DNA of 32,000 nt. Origin: Anaerolineales bacterium. GTDB lineage: Bacteria; Chloroflexota; Anaerolineae; CG2-30-64-16. Positions 16,547 through 22,935 of this stretch are shown here, piece after piece. The notes beneath the pieces were generated by a model, which saw nothing but the letters and a program-made list of their open reading frames with translations, did not search any database and was not told the origin of the DNA. How positions within the stretch are numbered: the first letter of the stretch is position 1; each line of letters starts with the position of its first letter. Position numbers and translations under genes: made by a program. The stretch spans positions 13,887 through 45,886 of the forward strand of contig JADGQF010000006.1 of assembly GCA_017882045.1 (NCBI GenBank), read 5' to 3'.

Positions 16547-17998
16547 TCACCAGGCCGAATCGCCCTGCAAGAAGTGATCGATATCGGCCGCGGCGCGTTT
16601 GCCGGCCCCCATGGCGCTGATCACAGTGGCTGCGCCGGTCACGACGTCACCGCCGGCCCAGACCTTCGGCATAGTAGTACGGCCTGAATCCTGGTCCGCC
16701 ACCACGGTCCCGTGGCGCGTCCGCTGCAGGCCCTCTGCGTCCACGAATACCAGCGGGTTCGGGCTCGTACCCAGGGCCATGATGACGGTATCTACGTCCA
16801 TGTCGAATTCCGAGCCGGGGATCGGTACCGGCGAGCGGCGGCCCGACGCGTCAGGCTCGCCTAGTTGCTGGCGGATACAACGCATGCCGCGCACATTACC
16901 GCGCTCGTCGCCGAAGATCTCGATCGGGTTGGTCAGGAAGTCAAAGATGATCCCTTCCTCTTCGGCATGATGCACTTCTTCCAGGCGGGCCGGCACCTCA
17001 TCGCGCGAGCGGCGGTACACGACGTGCACCTCACCCGGCTGCTGGCCGTTAAGCCGGGCATGCTGAGTCTGCAGGCGCAGGCTGCAGCGCGCGGCGTCCA
17101 TGGCTACGTTGCCCGCGCCGACCACAGCCACCTTCCGCCCTATCTTGACCGGGGTATCGTACTGAGGGAACTGATAGCCCTTCATCAGGTTAACCCGGGT
17201 CAGAAACTCATTGGCCGACAGAACGCCGTTAAAGTTGATACCGGGGATACGCATAAAGGAAGGCAGGCCCGCCCCGGTCCCCATAAACACGGCATCGTAT
17301 TCCTGTAGCAACTCGCCAATCGTCAGGGTGCGCCCGATCACGTAGTCGGTGCGGATGTCAATTTCCAGGCAGCCCGCAGCAAACTCAATCTCGGCGTTGA
17401 TGACGGCCTTGGGCAAGCGGAACTCGGGAATGCCGTACACCAGGACGCCACCCGGGTTCTGCAGGGATTCGAAGATGGTCACACTGTGACCCAGGCGAGC
17501 CAGGTCCACTGCACAGGTCAGGCCAGACGGGCCAGAACCTACCACGGCCACTTTCTTGCCGGTGCTGGCTCCCCGGGTAGGAGGACAGCTGCGCGAGCGC
17601 AGCTCAAAATCGCCGACGAAGCGCTCCAGGCGTCCAATGGCCACCGGTTGATTCTTGAGGCCGACCAGGCAGCGTGACTCGCACTGCACTTCCTGAGGGC
17701 AAACGCGCCCGCAGATAGCAGGCAGGTTGTTCTTGGCCTTCATCGCTTGCACAGCCGCGACCATATCGCCATCGCGCAGGGCTTTGATAAACTCGGGAAT
17801 CTGCACTCCCACCGGACAGCCGTCGACACATTGCGGACGAGCGCACTGTAAGCAGCGCTCCGCCTCCATGCGGGCCAATTCCAGCGTGAACCCCAAGGCA
17901 ACTTCATCAAAATTGCCCGCGCGCACGTCGGCTTCCTGAACCGGCATGTCCTGACGGGCGATCTTCATGCGTTCTTTAGCAGCAAGCGGAGCCATCAA
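16547..17998 (-). CDS. nfnB: NfnB-type (GltD/SudA-like) NADPH:ferredoxin oxidoreductase large subunit
   Basis: 483 aa. Fe-S motifs CLQCARPQCVDGCP and CGRVCPQEVQCESRC. Two dinucleotide folds, VAVVGSGPSGLTCA and VAVVGAGNVAMDAA. TTG 17998 or ATG 17995; the latter overlaps the nfnA stop (TGATG). Confidence 0.85.
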   Translation of the reverse strand: MMAPLAAKERMKIARQDMPVQEADVRAGNFDEVALGFTLELARMEAERCLQCARPQCVDGCPVGVQIPEFIKALRDGDMVAAVQAMKAKNNLPAICGRVCPQEVQCESRCLVGLKNQPVAIGRLERFVGDFELRSRSCPPTRGASTGKKVAVVGSGPSGLTCAVDLARLGHSVTIFESLQNPGGVLVYGIPEFRLPKAVINAEIEFAAGCLEIDIRTDYVIGRTLTIGELLQEYDAVFMGTGAGLPSFMRIPGINFNGVLSANEFLTRVNLMKGYQFPQYDTPVKIGRKVAVVGAGNVAMDAARCSLRLQTQHARLNGQQPGEVHVVYRRSRDEVPARLEEVHHAEEEGIIFDFLTNPIEIFGDERGNVRGMRCIRQQLGEPDASGRRSPVPIPGSEFDMDVDTVIMALGTSPNPLVFVDAEGLQRTRHGTVVADQDSGRTTMPKVWAGGDVVTGAATVISAMGAGKRAAADIDHFLQGDSAW

Positions 17999-18858
17999 GC
18001 CACCTCCCCGCCAGGGACCTGTTCGAGATTGCAGACGTGCTGCCAGTGCTCGACGGCCTGCCTTTCTTCGTCTCGGTAGAAGGCCAGGCGAGACATAAGG
18101 CTGTTCCAGTCCACCTTGTGGCCGTCAAACTCCGGACCGTCCACGCACACGAATTGCGCACCGTCTTGCAGCACCACGCGGCAGCCGCCACACATGCCGG
18201 TGCCGTCGATCATGACCGTGTTGAGGCTGACGATGGTCGGCACATTGTACGGCCTGGTGGTCTGAGCCACGAACTTCATCATGATCGCCGGCCCGATGGC
18301 CCAGATGCGATTGATGCGCCCCGGGCGCGCTTCCAGCAACTCCTTTAGCGGTTCGGTCACTAACGCCTTACGCCCGTACGAGCCGTCGTCAGTGCAAACC
18401 ACCAACTCATCCGAAACCGAGCGCATGCGCTCTTCCCAGAAGAGCAGGCTGCGGTTGCGTGCGCCGATGATGGAAATAACGGTGTTGCCGGCTTCCTTAA
18501 GGGCCCGCGCGATGGGGAAGACGGGGGCAATGCCGACCCCGCCGCCGACACATATCACCGTGCCATAGTTTTCGATCTCGGTCGGGTGGCCCAACGGCCC
18601 GGCGATGGTCGCGAACGAATCGCTCGCCTTGAGCTTGCCCATCTGCATAGTGGACTTCCCCACTTCTTGCACCACCAGCGTGATCGTTCCCGCCTCGCGA
18701 TTGTAATCGGCGATCGTCAACGGGATGCGCTCCCCATGATCGTCGTTGCGCACGATCACGAACTGACCGGCCCTCGCCTTGCGCGCGACTTGAGGAGCCT
18801 CAGCCACGAACAGCTTGACGGCCTCACTCAAATCCTGTTTCTCAAGAATCCTGTACAT
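17995..18858 (-). CDS. nfnA: NfnA-type (PyrK/SudB-like) FAD/[2Fe-2S] small subunit
   Basis: FNR-like barrel (GQFVIVRNDDHGERIPLTIAD), nucleotide fold VICVGGGVGIAPVFP, and C-terminal cluster motif GTGMCGGCRV...FVCVDGPEF. ATG 18858 preferred (AGGAAG 8 nt upstream); GTG 18867 is the alternative. Confidence 0.85.
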   Translation of the reverse strand: MYRILEKQDLSEAVKLFVAEAPQVARKARAGQFVIVRNDDHGERIPLTIADYNREAGTITLVVQEVGKSTMQMGKLKASDSFATIAGPLGHPTEIENYGTVICVGGGVGIAPVFPIARALKEAGNTVISIIGARNRSLLFWEERMRSVSDELVVCTDDGSYGRKALVTEPLKELLEARPGRINRIWAIGPAIMMKFVAQTTRPYNVPTIVSLNTVMIDGTGMCGGCRVVLQDGAQFVCVDGPEFDGHKVDWNSLMSRLAFYRDEERQAVEHWQHVCNLEQVPGGEVA

Positions 18859-18967
18859 GATACGCACTTCCTACCTTTATGCGCCTCGTACTCGTTGGCG
18901 CTGAGCACGAAGCTTTCTGCTCAGAACCCTATCATCCTAGATTATGTCTCTTTGGCCTCCAGATGCC

Positions 18968-18981
18968 ATGACGCGCGTCAT
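18968..18981. promoter_or_regulatory. Perfect 14-bp palindrome ATGACGCGCGTCAT upstream of nfnA (candidate operator)
   Basis: Read directly. It lies in the 201-nt acsC-nfnA gap, about 110 nt upstream of the nfnA start. Confidence 0.3.
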
Positions 18982-18993
18982 CATGCCAGGATC

Positions 18994-19042
18994 AAAACCC
19001 CGCAACTCAACTGCGCGGGGACCGCCTGACCTGGTCAGGTGG
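18994..19042 (-). terminator. Tandem hairpins plus a short U-run after acsC (weak or partial terminator)
   Basis: On the - strand, CCACCTGACC-a-GGTCAGGCGG (19042->19022) is followed by CCCCGC-11 nt-GCGGGG (19020->18998) and then TTTTGATCC. Only 4 U and a 6-bp stem, so it is probably leaky. Confidence 0.35.
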
Positions 19043-19059
19043 CCCCCGTAATACGGATT

Positions 19060-20403
19060 TTACCAGTTGGTCTTCAAGTAGCGCGGCAGATCAACCGCCT
19101 CGCGCGGGCCGACCTTGATCTCCCAACCCGGCAACTCCTCTTCCAGCTCGCCCATTAGAACGGCGACATGGCCGGGGATGAGGACCTTGCGATGCGAAAC
19201 CTTGTCCGCAATGCCGGTGTTCTTCACGGTCTTGGCAATCCGATCGGCATCGAACTTGCCGGCCGCCCAGGCAGTCAGGACGCTCATGCCTTCGGCATCG
19301 GCCACCAGCAGCCAGGCCGGCTGCCCACTGCTCTCCACCTCGTTGGCGACTGCGAAGTAGGTAATGGAGAAATTGGTCGTGATCAGCACCGGAGAGTCGA
19401 CGCCCGGCTTGTTGATCGGGTAGATACCCGGCTCAACCTGGATCGGCTTCTGCGGATCGGTAAAGATGTTCTGGCGCAGCACCAAGAGCGGGTAGATCTC
19501 GGCAGGGCCAAACCGGCTGAGCACGACAAAACCGGCGTACTTCGCGATCTGCTGAGCAGCCAGGATCGTCTCCATGCAGGGGTCGGACTGGCCCAAGTAA
19601 GGGAAAGCGACGGTCGGGTAGCCTACCGCCCTCACGCCCTTCTTCAGCGCCAGCCGGCGGACCTGGGTCAAGACTGCCAGCGAACCATTGAAGCCGCGCG
19701 CCACCGGATCGAGGACAAGATCTTCGACGCCGGCAGCGACCAATTTCTCAGTCAGTTCCGCCAGACCGGAGATCGTATCGGCGCGCACGACCAGGGGCGC
19801 CTTATGCTCTTTGGCCAGCTTCGCCATAGCTTCCCAATTGGCGGCAGTGGCCGCGCAGATGAGGGGAGTGGCGCCGGTCGTTTTGGCCAGACCGGCAGCC
19901 ATCACCAGCGGATCTTCGCTGATCAGGACCAGCGGCAGACTGCCCGCCTGGCGGGCGGCAGCCACGGCTGCTGCGAACTTCGAGGCGTCCCCAGAAGTGG
20001 CTTCCACCGCGAGACCGTCCAGGTGCAGGCTGATACCCACATAGTCCACTTTATAATCGGCCACAGCCTTGGCGGTCGCGGCCACCTGCTCGGCCGGCAG
20101 GCTATCCTGAATGCGTACCAGAAGGCCTGTAGGATGGTAGAAGGTCTTCTCATGCCGGAACAACACGGTCTCGTTGCCCGCCTCGATCTTGTGCCCGTCG
20201 GCGGCAATCGTTACCAGGCGAATGGGGGGCGCCGAGGCGGCGGAAAGCTTGGATTTGGACTCTTCGCTCACATAGGGACAGGCTGACAGATCAGCTTGCT
20301 TGGCGGCCAGTTTCATGGCGAACGCCAGGCAGGTCGGAAAGCCACATTCCTTGCAGTTAGTTTTCGGAAGAAGTTTATAGATATCCAGACCGGAAATTGC
20401 CAT
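19060..20403 (-). CDS. acsC: Corrinoid/iron-sulfur protein large subunit AcsC
   Basis: 447 aa. N-terminal [4Fe-4S] motif TNCKECGFPTCLAFAMKLA...LSACPYV and a C-terminal corrinoid-binding domain. AAAGGAGGA upstream of ATG 20403. Confidence 0.93.
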   Translation of the reverse strand: MAISGLDIYKLLPKTNCKECGFPTCLAFAMKLAAKQADLSACPYVSEESKSKLSAASAPPIRLVTIAADGHKIEAGNETVLFRHEKTFYHPTGLLVRIQDSLPAEQVAATAKAVADYKVDYVGISLHLDGLAVEATSGDASKFAAAVAAARQAGSLPLVLISEDPLVMAAGLAKTTGATPLICAATAANWEAMAKLAKEHKAPLVVRADTISGLAELTEKLVAAGVEDLVLDPVARGFNGSLAVLTQVRRLALKKGVRAVGYPTVAFPYLGQSDPCMETILAAQQIAKYAGFVVLSRFGPAEIYPLLVLRQNIFTDPQKPIQVEPGIYPINKPGVDSPVLITTNFSITYFAVANEVESSGQPAWLLVADAEGMSVLTAWAAGKFDADRIAKTVKNTGIADKVSHRKVLIPGHVAVLMGELEEELPGWEIKVGPREAVDLPRYLKTNW

Positions 20404-20423
20404 GGGGATCCTCCTTTACGCCG

Positions 20424-21395
20424 TTACGCCGGCATCAGCTCAGCAATCATCTTCTTGATGCGCTCGATGGCGGCCGGGTGGCGCAGGACGATGACATCAG
20501 CGCCGGCTTCAACCAACGGAGCGGCGGTGACTACTTCCCAATTGACGGCTCGATCGTCCCAGCTGCCCCAGGCAGCCGGCACGCCTTCACCGGCGCGCGC
20601 TTCCTTGGTCCGCCAGGCCTCTTCGCCCGGGGTCACGATCATCGGCTGCTGGGTCATGCCATCGCCCTGGAGAGCAGCCAGGCGCAGGCGCTCCATGACA
20701 CTATAGCCATATTCCATGCCATAACCCAACGCGCCAGTGGTCGGATCCATCACGATGCGTTCGAGAGGCAGGCCCATGTCGCGGATGAGGATGATCAACT
20801 GTTTGGCCAGGTTGACGTCCATGGGGGTTTTGCTGGTCACGAGATGGCCGTGCGCCAACGCCGCCGCGACGATGGTGCGGTAGTTCTTGTCCTCGCAGGG
20901 ACCAAGAACCAGTCGCTCGCCTACGCATTCTTCGGCTACCGCCACCAGCAACTCGTTGTCCAGTTCAGCCTGGCCGGGACCGACGACGATCAGCGGCAGC
21001 CCGGTTGCGCCAAGCACTGAGCGCGCGACCTTACGCGCCGCCGCGGCCGTCATCCGCAGACCGGCATGGTCAGTTGCCGTCAATTGCAGGAGGATGAGAT
21101 CGGCGCTGGCCGCTTCAGCCGCATGAGCCCACGCCGCGGGATCGCCCACCACCGCCCCCCAGGCGCGCAGGAGGGGTTCAGGCCACTCTTCAGATGGGTT
21201 GCCGGTACGCACTTCGACCGCAATCTGCGGACGGTGCGGCATCTTGCCCTCAAAACCCAGGAAGGGCAGGGCGGTCTCGCCGCCAATCGTGACGGTGTGG
21301 CTGCGCGTGCCCCCCTCGGCGGCTGTCGCGCCCAGCGTGATCGGGCGGACGCTGCCGGACCACTTTTCGACCGGAATCTCGACATTCACGGGCAT
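20424..21395 (-). CDS. acsD: Corrinoid/iron-sulfur protein small subunit AcsD
   Basis: 323 aa. N-terminal VEKWSGSVRPITLGA...TVTIGGETALPFL, typical of the CFeSP delta subunit TIM barrel. AAAGGAGGG upstream of ATG 21395. Confidence 0.92.
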   Translation of the reverse strand: MPVNVEIPVEKWSGSVRPITLGATAAEGGTRSHTVTIGGETALPFLGFEGKMPHRPQIAVEVRTGNPSEEWPEPLLRAWGAVVGDPAAWAHAAEAASADLILLQLTATDHAGLRMTAAAARKVARSVLGATGLPLIVVGPGQAELDNELLVAVAEECVGERLVLGPCEDKNYRTIVAAALAHGHLVTSKTPMDVNLAKQLIILIRDMGLPLERIVMDPTTGALGYGMEYGYSVMERLRLAALQGDGMTQQPMIVTPGEEAWRTKEARAGEGVPAAWGSWDDRAVNWEVVTAAPLVEAGADVIVLRHPAAIERIKKMIAELMPA

Positions 21396-21438
21396 ATAAC
21401 CCTCCTTTGCGCTGGCGACAAATCGAAAGATTAGATCA

Positions 21439-22257
21439 CTACCAGTAGCGTTCTACGTGTATCTGTCCTGGTTCCTTGCGTGTGTGCTCGCGATAGCCCT
21501 CGGCGCAGAGCATTTCCTCGGTCTGGTCGATCATTGCCGGGCTGCCGCATAGAAAAATGTGCGTGTCGGTCGGACTGGGCTCAAAGCCCCAGGCTTCCGC
21601 GATCACTCCCCGCCGCCACAGATCCTGCACGTGGCCGCCGAACCCCGTCCATCGCACGGGCTCGTCGCTGGGACGGCTGATGATCGGCACATAGGCGAAG
21701 TTACTGCAGAGGTGCATCAGGTTTTCCAGCTCTGCACGATAGCCCAGTTCCCAGGAATGGCGCGCGCCGTGTAACACGGCAATGTGCCGCTGCTGCGGGC
21801 CACAGGTCAGGTGCGTGGTGAGCATGCTCATATAGGGCGCCAGGCCGGTGCCGGTGGCGATCATGACTATGTTCGCTTCGTCCGGAACCTGGTCCATCGT
21901 GAACATACCGGCGATTTTCGGACCAAGCCACAGATGGTCACCCATACCCAGGGCAAACAGCCGCGGCGTGAGCGAGCCCGAGCCAACCAGATTGAGATAA
22001 AAGTCCATATACTCGCGAGCCAGGGACGAAGATGCGATCGAATATGCCCGCCGGATAAGCTTATCCGCCTCCGGCGCATCCTCCTCCGGATCAGACAACG
22101 GGTGACGCGGGGCCGAACCGGGCAGACCGAGGACTGCGAACTGACCGGGCCGGAACTCGGGCAGCGCCCAGCCGTCCGGACTGACCCGCAAGATGATCAA
22201 CCAGGGCGTGATTTCGATCCGTTGGGTAACGACGGCATTGAGATCGAGTTCAAGCAA
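21439..22257 (-). CDS. Bacterial Fpr-type ferredoxin/flavodoxin-NADP+ reductase
   Basis: 272 aa. FAD motif RAYSIASS, NADP fold MIATGTGLAPYMSM, FLCGSPAMI, and a C-terminal aromatic end VERYW. TTG start at 22257 with AAGGAG 7 nt upstream. Confidence 0.85.
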   Translation of the reverse strand: MLELDLNAVVTQRIEITPWLIILRVSPDGWALPEFRPGQFAVLGLPGSAPRHPLSDPEEDAPEADKLIRRAYSIASSSLAREYMDFYLNLVGSGSLTPRLFALGMGDHLWLGPKIAGMFTMDQVPDEANIVMIATGTGLAPYMSMLTTHLTCGPQQRHIAVLHGARHSWELGYRAELENLMHLCSNFAYVPIISRPSDEPVRWTGFGGHVQDLWRRGVIAEAWGFEPSPTDTHIFLCGSPAMIDQTEEMLCAEGYREHTRKEPGQIHVERYW

Positions 22258-22368
22258 AGTAATACTCCTTAAGACGCGACGAATAATAAGTCATTACTCC
22301 TCACTTGCTACTCGTTACGTCTTGCATATTACTTTTTGATTCATGATTAATCCGTCGTTAACCTCCGG
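22258..22368 (-). promoter_or_regulatory. AT-rich island between the CBS gene and the FNR gene (possible internal promoter or structured 5' region)
   Basis: Conspicuously AT-rich compared with its flanks. On the - strand: TAATAT, a duplicated SD-like GAGGAGTAAT / AAGGAGTATT, and an imperfect long-range pairing AAGACGtaACGA...TCGTcgCGTCTT that ends directly at the FNR SD. Confidence 0.3.
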
Positions 22369-22881
22369 CTAACCCTTCTTTAAACCGTAGCGTTGCCGGA
22401 ACAGATCCATCGGCGTGGGCCGCGGCGCGCCGGTACCCTGGTTCCGTATGTATTCAGGGCCCGCCAGGGCCCGTACCGCATCGCGCAGTTCCAGGACCGC
22501 CGAGGGCCAGGCCATCCCGGCCGCCCGGTGCAGATAGAAGAGATGATCAACTCGCGCGTCCGCCATGATTTGCACCGCCGCGGTCAAAGGGATATCGGCC
22601 GGAGACTCCGGAATATCTTCATCCATTATATCCGCAGCGGTCAAGTCGGGCGAGAATGGACCATCCTCTGCGGCTCCCGCAGCTTTGCCGGCGCGCGCAA
22701 AAGCGGCGGCCAGGTGGCGCTCGCCAATCCAGCCCCGGCTGTCCCCCTCTTCATCTATTACTATGAGTGCCGTGCAATTCTGTTCCAACATCTGCACGGC
22801 CACTGCCTGAACAGGAATGTCCTGCTTGCACGTCGGTACGCCGATGCGCATCACGTCGCGAACCAAGAGTGTTTCGGCCAT
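22369..22881 (-). CDS. Stand-alone CBS-pair protein embedded in the acs operon
   Basis: VRDVMRIGVPTCKQDIPVQAVAVQMLEQNCTALIVIDEEG and TAADIMDEDIPESPADIPLTAAVQIMADARVDHLFYL form two CBS motifs. ATG 22881 (GGGAGA upstream) is preferred over the ORF-track start at 22926, whose extra residues are encoded by the palindrome. Confidence 0.8.
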   Translation of the reverse strand: MAETLLVRDVMRIGVPTCKQDIPVQAVAVQMLEQNCTALIVIDEEGDSRGWIGERHLAAAFARAGKAAGAAEDGPFSPDLTAADIMDEDIPESPADIPLTAAVQIMADARVDHLFYLHRAAGMAWPSAVLELRDAVRALAGPEYIRNQGTGAPRPTPMDLFRQRYGLKKG

Positions 22882-22895
22882 GAATCTCCCCTGGT

Positions 22896-22921
22896 GGCCG
22901 GCGCCCGGCCGGGCGCCGGCC
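22896..22921 (-). other. Perfect 26-nt GC palindrome (hairpin) between acsB and the CBS gene
   Basis: GGCCGGCGCCCGGCCGGGCGCCGGCC equals its own reverse complement. It starts 14 nt after the acsB TGA and ends 14 nt before the CBS ATG. No U-tract. Confidence 0.6.
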
Positions 22922-22935
22922 ATCAAGTTTTTTCA

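Noticed and set aside
19168-20286. 372-aa + strand ORF opposite acsC
   Set aside because: It is an antisense shadow with no motifs.
22263-22307. 14-codon upstream mini-ORF (MTYYSSRLKEYYFA) as a called gene
   Set aside because: The SD-to-ATG spacing is only 2 nt and the peptide has no recognisable feature. It is mentioned only as part of the AT-rich island finding.
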